NCBI GenBank assembly: GCA_000934665.2
Contig: JYFJ02001341.1
Location: 1-64,000 of the forward strand
Direction of reading: 5' to 3'
Source of the DNA: Catajapyx aquilonaris
Lineage: Eukaryota
Length of the DNA: 64,000 nucleotides
The translations under genes were made by a program, and so were the position numbers. Position 1 is the stretch's first letter. Each line of letters opens with the position of its first letter. This document shows positions 27,401 to 39,000 of the stretch, piece by piece. A model generated the notes under the pieces. That model was given only the letters and a program-made list of their open reading frames with translations, was not told the DNA's origin and made no database searches.

Positions 27401-30400
27401 CTGCAGAAGGGAAAAGACAACCTGAGGACTTGGCATCTCCCAAAGAGTGTTCGCTCTTAAACAAGGCTGGTACTCCCTAAACAGCATCTGCCAGGAGGAG
27501 GGAAAAAGGAGGGGGTGGAGAAGAGGGGTTATGGTCTGGCTGAAGCAGGGTTGGCCCTACATCAAGTTCATCAAGAGTTGGTTGCAACGCAGGCAAAGAA
27601 GCCACTGAGAATAATTATTATGAAGAGGCCACTTTTGCCATTTCTTGCATCCTTCATCCACTTGTTGCGAAATGTGGGTACCCCTCCCGCGCTTGGTTAA
27701 TTACAAGCATTTTCTAGGGGAGACAACAGGGGGGTCCACAACAAAAGCGCATAATTAGCTCCCAAAAAACGGGATTAGCAATTTGTGAAACTGAGCACTA
27801 TATGATTGAGGCTGATAAGGTCCTATTAAGGTCATCGGCTTGCCTTTATACCGTTAGCGAGGCTTTTGCAACAATAATTGGCATTTATGAAGGTGGATCT
27901 TCCTCATTAGTGGGAGACTTATTTTTTTCGCAATTAACCAAGCCTCAAGGACGCCACCATTATTGTAATATTAAGAAATGTGATTAATGAAGTGCCCACC
28001 CTTAGAGCAGGCAATTATTTTAGTGACACGATGATCCCTGAACTTTCACCACCTGGGATATACCGGGTCATCCCCACCTACACGCGATATCAAAAAAAGA
28101 AGTCCCGGTTGGGGGGGCTTGTGCTAATCAATTGAAAAAGCTTAGGCAATGGCGGCGGCGGCGGCAAGCCTCTCAGTGGAATGACCACTAGTTGTCCAGC
28201 CAGAAAAGAAAAAGTCATCGCGAATGCAGGGCGAATGTGCGGTAGGACGTTTAAAAGGGAGAGGCCGATGAACCTGCAGGAAGAGGTTTTCTTTTCTGCT
28301 CATTATACCGGTGGTGACGCATATATAGACGGTCAGTTTCCTGCTGGTCAACAGCCCATCTCAGGAGGTATCCGAACAAGAATTGGCTCTTTACAGGAGG
28401 TCGTACAACCAGCATGAGCAAAAGAGGCTGCGAAACTAATGTTATTTGGGAAGGTCGATCCGGTAAAAGTTACCCTTTTTCCGTCGCGGTTCTCTCTCCT
28501 CCGAAATTCCAGCATCGCAATAAAGCATGCAAGCGAACCGGTTAGTTTGGCTGGCCCATGTCCTGAGAAACCTGCAATCACCTGCTTGTGTGAGTAAAGA
28601 AGTCGAGGAAGAACACTCTGTAGACATTCGCTCCAAAAAGTGCGCGGTCAATTTTTTGAACGAAATTCTATTTTACACACATAAAAAAAGGCTTCGTGAA
28701 AAAGACCTGATGACATGTAAAATACCTCGACTTCCCATAGTGTAGCATGTGGATGGCACTGTTCCAACAGCGTCTTCTAGACTCGTTAAGTGCGTGTATT
28801 TCTCCCTGCAGTTATCTAAATAGAGCAGAAAATGCTGTCCTCACTAATGACGGCGCCACCATGTCCTTCTGAAGAAGTTTACAAGCCCAAGTTCCCACCC
28901 CACCACCTTACATTTAGGACGAAAAAAATGAGGAAAGAAATCATGGTGGAGGAAATGGACGCAATTTTTCCTCAGCTTTTCGCAACACTCTTTGCGGGTC
29001 TTTGTGCGACTATTACCCTGGAGGCTAGGAAATGGCCGTGAGAACAGAGTGGGATGGGACTCTGCCCTGTTTTATGGCGCCGATGGTATTATTCCCATTT
29101 GCTTGGTCGACTATTGTGCAACACACACACATGGCAAAATAACGTGTGTTGGGGCCTTGCACGCACTCTTTTGTTCTTCAGGTAACATCTGCTGTTCCGG
29201 CTGACCCTTTTCGGTGTATTTACCTGCATGTAACATGTATTGTCAGAGGTTATCAACCTCAACAATAGCCCTAATTTTGACATTCGCTAATCTTCCAGAA
29301 ACGGTCCATTCGCACGACTAATTTGCGCAACCGGAGACAAAACAATTCCTGATTGCAAATTCTATGGGAAAAATTACAGAGCGGTTCGCACACGTACGCT
29401 TTCACCGGATAGCAACTATTTTTTATGTTCTTTTGGCGGCCTCTTGGCTCAGCAGGAGTACCATCTTCTAGATCCAACCCCGCCCTGGAACCACGCGCGG
29501 GCTTTCTTACCGTAGATTTCATCAAGTTAGGATTGTTTTTTTTTTTTAAAAAAAAAGAGGACAGTAAGAAGGATGAGGGTATAGGCATTTAGTATGCCGG
29601 ACTCGAAGGAAGGGAAAAGGATCATATACGATGGTATACCTTGGGGGCCTTCTTTCGGATTGCTGACTTTCCACCTTGCAACTGTAATTTTCAAGTGCTT
29701 CACACGCGCGTTTTCAAGACCTGGTTTTTGTGCAGATTCGTTGCACTTTGCTGCCCCCGTGAATTTCGCATCGTGGCTGTGTAATATGCAGGAGGAAAAA
29801 AAGGAGGGTGTAATACATGTTGGTGCCTGGATGTCGACTTCCCTGTGGGTGTAAAAAAAAAACAGCGGCTACACGGAAGAGGATTTGGTTCAGAGGCGCG
29901 ATAAATTTCTGGAGGATGTTTTTTTATTATATTGTGTCACTTTCAAAGGGGCATAAATGTTATTTTATAGGACTAGGTGAGCAAGTGCTCATTGCGATTG
30001 CATCGAAACCTGTAATTTTGGATTTTGACGGTTACGACTATTTTTCAGATGTTGTCGGGTAAATGTGAAAAAACCAGTAGGTATACTAATAAAGAATTAC
30101 AGTGTATATCAGATGGCGCCTTCGTCGTAAACATTTTAAAGCAATTAATGCACAATACTACTTGAATCACACTTTTGAGGTTCTAAGTTGAGCTCGGTGA
30201 AACTGGCCCTTAGTTGTCATGAGTAATATACTGATCCAGCTGATAATCAAATTTAATAATATATGACAACATGCAATATGACAATATTATAAGAGCGAGA
30301 GAAAATGGCTACTTTCTAGTTCATGTTGTAATACATTGTACAGTACCACAGTACAACAAGACTTGCAGGCCGAAGAATGTATACCGACACACATCCTGTC

Positions 30401-31077
30401 AGCTCAATTCCGATAAAAAAGACTGACATCCCATTTTGCACCTTGGCTCTTATACAACAAGTCGGCCGCTGCAGTAAAAATGAATTATTACGCCCGCTAC
30501 CTGTCTTTTTAATGTCATGTAACTCAATCAAATGGGATTGATAAGCATAATGCCGGAAGCCCTTCGATTCGAAATAAAAATGTGGGGGAAGCCAGATAGG
30601 ATCTGCCGGCCGTCTGCCATTGCCCCAAATGTTGCACAACTTAACCGTTATCTCGCAGGTCCATCATTTACCAGAGAGTTTTGACAAATAATTCGTGTAC
30701 ATCATTTTCTTTAACAAAAATTCCCAGCAGTTTGTACCAAAGTGAATTCGAATGCTGCGCGGGGAAAAATTCGCGAAAACAGTGAATGAACGTAGCAACA
30801 GGTGCTATAATATCGATCCTAGCAAATGTTGCACAACCTTTCTATTTGAAACAAAAATTGGCTTCCTTTCTGAGTGCCCACGACTTTTAAAACGTGGAAG
30901 CAACCATGGTTACTTCACCAGGGGCCAGTGACCATCACGAGCAGGCCCAAAATGACCCTCTCACGACTCGCATTCGTCAACCCCCACAACTTACAGCCGC
31001 GAATATCGGCCAAAGAGTGAAGGAACTCCGCACTATTTGAATATCCCGCGCGCGCTAAACACGAAATCCAAATTATA

Positions 31078-31200
31078 CAGGGTGTCTAAATGCAGCCGAC
31101 AAATTCATAGGGGTAATAGAGGGGGTTGACACATATGAACATATGGTCGGAAATCCATTTACAGTAGATGTTCGTAACTCGGCTGATGATTTTGATGAGA
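31078..31200. mobile_element. Probable single end of an old Tc1/mariner (maT-like) element
   Basis: TA-CAGGGTGT terminus; a similar end lies at ~25761; no partner TIR found and the right boundary is approximate. Confidence 0.35.
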
Positions 31201-31276
31201 GCCATGCTCTATTTTTACAACCGGTACCAAGTTTTTAAGTACTCCCCCCACCATCACACGCACACATTATTCTTAC

Positions 31277-31355
31277 CTGCAGAGACGGATCCCAGCAGCA
31301 CGGCGGCCAGTGTAAACACCGCTGCCCGGGGGGTCCGACCCCTCGCTGGGTCCAT
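31277..31355 (-). CDS. Signal-peptide-coding first exon A (MDPARGRTPRAAVFTLAAVLLGSVSA) of an unidentified gene whose body lies left of the window
   Basis: GTCATGG start context, basic n-region, hydrophobic core, V-S-A cleavage site, strong phase-1 donor CAG|gtaaga. Confidence 0.7.
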
Positions 31356-31550
31356 GACTGGCCGTGAAAAGTCTGACTGGAACACGTGGGGGTCACCCGG
31401 ACATCATCAGATACACAGCACACACACACACATCTAATACACACACAATAGTTGGGTGTCTGGCTCAGTATATTTCAGGGGCATAGTCTCCCGGGAGCCG
31501 ATCCAGACCACGCTGAGGTCTGTCAGCAACTAAGCGAGCAGCGGTTGCTC

Positions 31551-31556
31551 GACTGA
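31551..31556 (-). promoter_or_regulatory. Initiator TCAGTC, candidate TSS (31554) of exon A
   Basis: Exact match to the arthropod Inr consensus, ~200 nt upstream of the exon A ATG with no intervening splice site evident. Confidence 0.5.
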
Positions 31557-32109
31557 GTTTATAGCGTATTTCATCTGTTGCGCGGGGGTTGGGTGCGCTG
31601 CCACAAGTGCGCCGAGGGAAGTGAAATCGTTCCGGCGACTGAGAGGGGGGGGGGATATATTTTTTGTTACAGTCAAGCTTCAGGGGTAGGGGGGGATGAT
31701 ACCAACGCCCTGCTGATTTTTTTTAAGGTACGGAGAGCGTGTTTGGCGGATATTAGAGCATTGTTGTTTCCGCGCGTTGAGCTTGTGGGACGGTACGGAT
31801 GTCGAGGGGGTAATTTATGGGGTTTTTGTTTGAGCAGGAGGGGTTGTTTACAGTCCAGAGAGTTTTTTTTTTCTTTCTTTCAGATGGTTTTTGGACGGTG
31901 GCTACTTGCTGTGTGTCCGGTAGTGATTTGTGGCGATTGGTTGGAGCATGAAGGGGAAGTTATAAATTGCTTGAAGTCTGTCGCGGATGCTATTAGTCGT
32001 CAGGTTTTCTTTTATTTTGGCCAGAATTATAGCAAACTTATAGTACCCACAGCATAACTTCTCAAAATGTACGTGGCGACCTCTGCCCATCCACTCTACA
32101 CCAGACACC

Positions 32110-32162
32110 CTAAGCGATCTGATTGGTGGAGCAGAGTCTGCTCCACCAATCAGATCACTTAG
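32110..32162. repeat. 53-bp near-perfect palindrome
   Basis: CTAAGCGATCTGATTGGTGGAGCAGA-G-TCTGCTCCACCAATCAGATCACTTAG: 26-bp arms, 1 mismatch. Confidence 0.95.
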
Positions 32163-35100
32163 ACCTTATAGAATTGTGTTACAGTGCGGTGCATAAGATT
32201 TCCTATTTTGAAACCAGTGTATGGTTTAACCATATTTAGGACATGCTTCTTTTTTTGAGACGTTAGGCTGTAAATACTGTATACAAGTATGGCCCATGAA
32301 TTCGGACAGAACCTGGGGCTGGAATCGAACTCAGGACTTGGCCTAAACCGCTACAAGCCCTCAAGGCCTTCAGTAATTAATGGCGAATATAGACATTTCC
32401 GGGGGCCAGACATAGCCCAATTTTTTTTTGCTATATTTAGAGATGCATGGCTAAATTTGCCAAGACAAGCGGCTATTCTTCACTACGAGTTATGATTAAA
32501 ATGAGCTAAAAATAGTATCGGAGTGCCATAAGAACCAAAAAAAAATTAGACGGCAGCTGGCATATAAATATTGCTCCGCATTTAAGCCAATATTTTAAAC
32601 AGTAAATGGGGGCAGGATCCGGATTCCCGGTGACCACTAAAAAGTGCAATATCGTATTTTGAGGGCCACAAATTTAATGTCTGATGATGATTGGGTTGAC
32701 TACACGCCATTATTGGCGTGAGACATTCCATCCAAGCTGTGCTGACAGGGTAGAAATATGAGTCAAAATTAGTGCTGGCAAAGCAAAGGAGCCAGTGGAG
32801 ATGCAAATAGGTGTGCAAAGTGCCCATAGTTCACCGAAGGTGTGATTAAAGCAGCGACGATTTTAGACATCCGCCTTGGGGGAAGTGAATGCTTCGTGGA
32901 CTAATTGCCCAGTCCTTTCGTCGGGGACGGTGGCAACCACGATTTGTCTTCTTAACAAGTTCATTTGCACGACGGCGGTGCTGGAATAAGCAAAAAGGGG
33001 GGCATGTGGGGTGGGGGGAGGGGGTTGTCTCTAAATATGGTCATAGCTGTGCTTTTATTTTGGCTTCCGCATGCTCATTGACTCGACAAACTTTGCCTTT
33101 TATGGGCGCTCCCTTTTTCTCACTTGATTCTTCTTTATGGCTGCACCATCACTGAGTCCAATTTCTGGTCGATGTTTACTGCCTGAGAGGTAATTATTAT
33201 GCAGTTGGGCTGAAGGTCGTTCAAGCAATTGGTGCTAAACATAAGCTCATACACTACAGTCTTATGTGGAATTCATTTTGTGAATTTACTACATTTTCAT
33301 GTAGAGGTTTAAATTGGCTGGATTTAGACTAAATATTAGGGTTTCGGCATTCTCGAAAATGTCACCCGGAAATATTTCTTGATAATAACAACAAATACAC
33401 TTAGCGGCGAGAGTGCATCCGGCTTATGGGTAGTATCAGTCACCAGTCGCAAAAACATGGCGCGACTAATCGCAGCGAAAATGCTAGCCTATTATTCTTG
33501 CTGTAATTAGTCGGCGGGAATGAAGAATGCCCGTGTGTCACGGTCGCCATTTTTTTTCGGTTGTGTGCGTTTGCACATATAACCAAAAGCAGGACATAGC
33601 TGCTAGTTTTTTTCCTCCCTAGTAAGAGTCATGTACTAGCAGCCCCAAAAACAGGAGCAATTATTTCCAGAATTAATGTTTCTTTACCCTGCCCTTGCGC
33701 CAGTGATTAATCTTCCCGATGGTCCATTTGTTAAGAGGCCCTCTCGTTTCGAAGACTAGAAATTTACAGGTTGCAACTCGGCAATGGCCATGTTGCGCGG
33801 GTGACTGTAAAACGGTAGCAATAAATGCCATAAAACTCTAGTTGTCCTTTGGTCCCGATCCGGTCAAACGGGGGCTTTAAATGTACCGGGTGCGCCATTA
33901 CCTCAGAGTGACATATGATTTCTACACCGTCTGTGACAAAGTGCCAGGTAAGTTGGGGAAGTTGTTGTCCCCAACCAGAAGTTTCCAATTAACCGGGGCG
34001 GCTGGCTGGGATTAATAAGTGTCCCGGTGTCCATTGTCCATCGGCGCGATTTATGGACGGCAGGGGTGTGTGAACAACTGTCTATCTAGCAGTCCCTTGA
34101 TTTACTGGCACACCACACCCAGGTACCAATCCCGTTTAGTTGCCCACCGCAGTGTTTATGGACCTGGTCTGTATTTTTTTGTTTGTGTGTGTACTGTGTT
34201 TGGGACACCGTAGGCGAAGCTTGTGTGGTGTCAACTCTTATCCGCAACTTTGTGACGGTTTTTTTTACAATAATTGGTGTACCTGAGAGTACATTTTTTT
34301 TGCAGTGACAGTGTCTGGACAGATATATAATTTTGGGCTAGACAACCCCAGGCGTCCTGGCGTCCCCAAATCAACCACCCCACCCGTAACAACAACAAAA
34401 AAACGACAAACAAAATGTAGAGAATTGTTCCGCTCTCAGGGAACCGTAATTGGACCTCAATTGCTGGGTATACGCCAGTAAAAAAATTTTTTTTTAGAAA
34501 TCACCTGTCGACTTTCCGGAGCCTTTGTCCCAACTCCGGATGATCCCTTGGAAAGTTGCATTTTCAAGCCCGGTTGACGAAGCATGACAAGAGACTTGTG
34601 GGACCCAAAAAAAAAAAGTATATAAGTGGTTGTCTACACGACTTCCTATACATGCTCAGCACGTAAGGATGATGCATCTCAGCAAACAAGGGCTACTAAC
34701 CACGTCTGTATTTATGGAGACGGTGCTGCCCATCAACAAAAATACAAACATTTGCGCGCGTCTTTCATCTTGGTTTGCATCAGTCATGCTCAGCCGGACG
34801 CCATGTTTGGATAATATATCAAGGGCTTGTTGCTCGGATGCTGCGAATGAACGACTCGCCGACTGTTTAAAAAAAAAGAGTTCTCTGCTGGATAGATGTC
34901 ACCGAATATTTTTGCGTCATAATTTGCATGAACATGGCCGGCAGGATCCGACTAAAAGTGGAACGGAGCTCGTGTGTCCCAAGGTTGTATGTCGTGTATG
35001 ATGAGACTTCTAATGGAGCAGTGATGATTCTGCGAACTGGGCCGAATATGAATACAATGGAGCCGGCCCAGAATAAAGTCTGCTAAATGATTATAGCCCT

Positions 35101-35775
35101 GGTTGCATGGCCACACAAAACTCCAGGAAAGTTTAACCTCGAGCAATAGTTTTCGTCGATTTTTTTTCCAGAAATTCACAGACGAACCTGTTGAATTTGT
35201 GATAATGTACAGGTGTTGGCTGTGCAAGTCAGCTGCGGTTAATGAGATAATTAGCTTTCATCACGAAGTATATAGTGAATCTTTCCCCTTTTACAGGGGT
35301 TCTGCTTTCGACACTCTGTCATAATGTACATGAGACTGCAGCTTAGTAAGTCAAATAAATTTTAATAAATGCACATCTTATGCTACATTTCCTGGTCACA
35401 TGGCCTATTGTTGTGTGTCACATATCGTGTGATTCGGAGGCAAAGTGTGACTGAGTCATTCTAGGCGCCGGTGTGTCCCCCCACCTGAGGTCAGGCAGGT
35501 GGGTAGGAAGTGCGGCGCCAGACAGACCCCCCTTTTATTTTAACAATCATACCCTCCCCCTCCACCAGGTCTCTTCATTCCATCCACCCCCACATCTGCA
35601 ACATCCTTCCGCCCCCCAACAGACCAACTGATGTGTGACTCCAACGATGAGACTCTGACCCTATTGTATCACCCCCAATTTTTTTCCATTCTCACCCGTC
35701 ACCTATAGTCACCCATCGTCTCCCATCATTTCCATGCGCTCCTGACTCCCTATATAATCATGAATCGCTGGGAAC

Positions 35776-36041
35776 TCTCTGGTACTGTATTTGAACTGTT
35801 TCAGGTTCTGTGGAAGCATCTCCTGCTTCTGATATGGAGTGTTTTGCTGACTTCCATCCATGAAGGCATTCCTGCTGGTTTTTCACAAACTGGAGGAATA
35901 TTCATTATTAAGAAAGTCAGCAAAGGATCAATGTTGGAAGCAGGAGCTGCTTCAGATGAGAGAGCCTGAATCAGTTCAAGTTAATTTTCCTAATCTTGAT
36001 TATACATACGATGCAGCCAAATCCTTATATAGTACTGTAGA
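35776..36041 (+). ncRNA. Long imperfect fold-back, candidate hairpin RNA (hpRNA or long pre-miRNA-like)
   Basis: Arms 35791-~35880 and ~35887-35979 are complementary (TTGAACTGTTTCAGGTTCT / AGAGCCTGAATCAGTTCAA; GAAGCATCTCCTGCTTC / GAAGCAGGAGCTGCTTC; TTTGCTGACTT / AAGTCAGCAAA). Outer stem 35776-35790 / 36027-36041. The inverted repeat is certain; RNA function is inferred. Confidence 0.5.
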
Positions 36042-39000
36042 TAAGTATGCTGCTGTTGAAATCTTCACAAAGGCACAAGAAAAGAAAAGATGATGGAAAA
36101 ATGAGGTGATACAATATATTTCACGCAGATTGCACACAGTCTGCAAAATACTGGGAGGGGTCGTCTCCTACGGTGTTTTGTTGGCCAAAATCCGGTGACC
36201 CGGAAAGAGGTCGGTGGAAGCATATGAGCGGAACCCCCCATTGTTGCAGGGGGACGTAGCATATACAGGACAGGTGGTGCTAACACCTGCTGGAATGGCG
36301 TGTGCGTGCTGAGGAGAAAAAGCTGTCTGTTGGATAACAAATGGCGTAGTCAGTGATTGGGGTCTCGTAATGTTCAGAAAAATTATTATGCATGGTGCTT
36401 AGGACGTGTTTAATTACCCTTAAAAGTTTTGAGGAGGCCAGTAATTTAGAAGAGATCCTCATTTGACGGATTTTTACTAGAATCCACACAACCCTATTGC
36501 GTCATTATGTGAGCAATTTACCTGAGCATGCAGCTGCTGATTGAAAGGCATGATTAGTTGGCGTAAAATTTTGATTTAACACAAATACGATGACATCGTG
36601 GTAATTGTCAGATTTGTATACTACTTGTATATACAACTCACTGTTTTACGTAACGTGTAGGTTGGGCCTATTAGTAGAAAATGTGTCACTGCTGGTGGTA
36701 TGAAGTGGCTCCAAAATAACGTGGGACTTTCCCCCAATAAAATGTCGCCAGTGGGACGTCGCCACATTGTCGCTATTGCGCAACCAAAAATTGCAAATGA
36801 TGCAGCTTCTACTGCAAAAATAAACCTCCGACTTTGATCAATCAGCGTCGTTTACTAATTTTATACAAAGCGGCTAAAAAAGTGGACGTTTCTTGCTTCC
36901 GAGTCCCTGAATTGCAGTCATTACGTGGTAGCCTTACAGTATAAGGTTGGGGTCGCAAATAGACTGTAAACATCGAGAATGGTGGCGCCTTCTCACATGA
37001 GTCGCACATGAGTAAGCGCCCACCAAGTGAGGTCACATCACACACATTTCGCATGAGTTGTTTTCAGTTCCGACTTTTCACTTTTGATGTGATTCATCAT
37101 CATGGGGTCGAAAAATCCTTCAAGTTTTGGGCGTGTATTACACCCCAATTTTTCTTACTGTTTTTCGCCCACTGGCAATTTCTTACGCGCCTAATTTCTG
37201 AAAAGGACATGTTTTTTTGGGAGTTCTTTTGCAAGCAGCATCGATCCTCACCTCTTTGGTCTCTGTCCAGCAAGAAGTCGCAGTAAGATTTAGTGGTCGC
37301 TCCCAGGGCCTTTCATATTTAAAATGAGCAAAACCTTTGCTCAAAGCGGGGAAGTTCGTTCCATTTCGTATTAAAAATAGAACTGCAGATTCCGTGATTT
37401 GCAGTCTTCCTTGAGGAACAGGAGAAGGAAGGAAATCTTGTTTTCCAAGAGTGTGTGTCTTCTTTTTTCTTTCTTTCTTGTACTAACTCTCTTGACGGCT
37501 GAGTTTTCTTTGACCTTTTTTTTGCACATTCTTTTTGGCCATGTCGTCTGGAAGTTGATAATCAGTGCCACGACTGTAGGCTAGCCAATTTGTCACGGGC
37601 GAAAATAAACCCCCAAAAGTGGCGAAACTAAATGATCACGGCATGCTAATAAGGCGGGTCCCCACCACTTTCATCTTTGCCGCCATAGGATAGAGTCAAC
37701 TCGTGCGACTAATATTCCTGTTTGGCTTTTTTGGCTCGCGATGTTAAATATTCGTGTGCATGTGAATGCCCATTACAACCAAAGTTTACATTGATTGGAG
37801 GGGGTCTGCATGGCACGTGTTTTCTTTTGAGGTTCACACTGGTATCTCTTTGATGTTTTTCCGGAGGATTTACACTAGTGTTATGACATGCCATTAATTA
37901 TGACTATTGTGGCTTGTTTTGCATGTGTGTGGTAGCGTTTTTCCAGCATTTTTTTGAAAATACGGTTAATCAGGGTTATGTAAAAAAAATTTATGTGACG
38001 CCACTACACAAGTTGTATATACATTGTAGCAACAGCACTACTGGATGTCTCTCTGGGTGAAATTTCCAGCATGTAAGAGCAAACTTACCTCTCTTGCACT
38101 TGTAATTTAAGGGACCATTACCTTCTTCCGGACATACTTCCAGCTAAGCAGTAATGGCGACACAGGTTGCTGGGGAGTGCCAGAATGATGTCCATCTAGG
38201 TCATTTACTAAACAGTGAAATCCCCCTGCTGATCTTTAGATGCTCGTTTAGACCTAGAAGATTGGGGTCGTATGGGGCACTGCAAGACATATTTATTCAT
38301 GAAGAGGCGGTTTACAGGCATATTTACGAGTACTAAAGTGGAGCACAAGCGATAAAAACCTTCCCGATACATCGGACACACCTCGAGCAAAACCCTTATC
38401 GATCAGGAAACTCGCGATTAATCTGGAGCAATTATCTTTTTGTCCAGACAAGCCCAAGGGACGGGTTGCACTTCCCCACATGCTAATCTTGCTAATCAAT
38501 TGCGCACCAGGAGGGGGGGATATATGAATATAATTAAGCAGCTCATTTGTACAGAGGGCGTATAACACCAGTTGAACCCCAGAGCAGGGGACGAATTGGG
38601 GGCAAATATTTGGATATGAGCATGATTATTTTTATGATAGTAAAATGTCCAGTCGCGAATTCGCACCTTGCTGTACGCGACTGGAGCGACTAATCCATCA
38701 CATTTTACTCTAATTTGTTGGTGTCAGCTGCAATATTTTGCTGCTTTGCCGCTCCAGTGCTTCCTTATCTTATTGTCCACTTATCGGCGAGGGTTGACAG
38801 GGCAATATAATGGTCCAAAGTGTGACCTCCCGCTGTCTTTTTAAAGGGGCGTGTGGGCAAGGTAGCAACAATTGAGTTTCGCCCACTGAACCGGATTCCT
38901 ACAGGTGGTTTAATAATTGCGGGTCCAGCTCGCCATTTTTTTTTTAAACAATCGAGACTTCGATTGCAGCTCTTGAAAAAAGGGCGCCGGAAAGACGGCG

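Noticed and set aside
29224..29283. MSKLGLLLRLITSDNTCYMQ followed by donor gtaaat
   Set aside because: Phase 0 and a weak hydrophobic core.
37399..37584. Hydrophobic ORF resembling a membrane peptide
   Set aside because: Hydrophobicity follows from T-rich composition; non-ATG start and no splice context.
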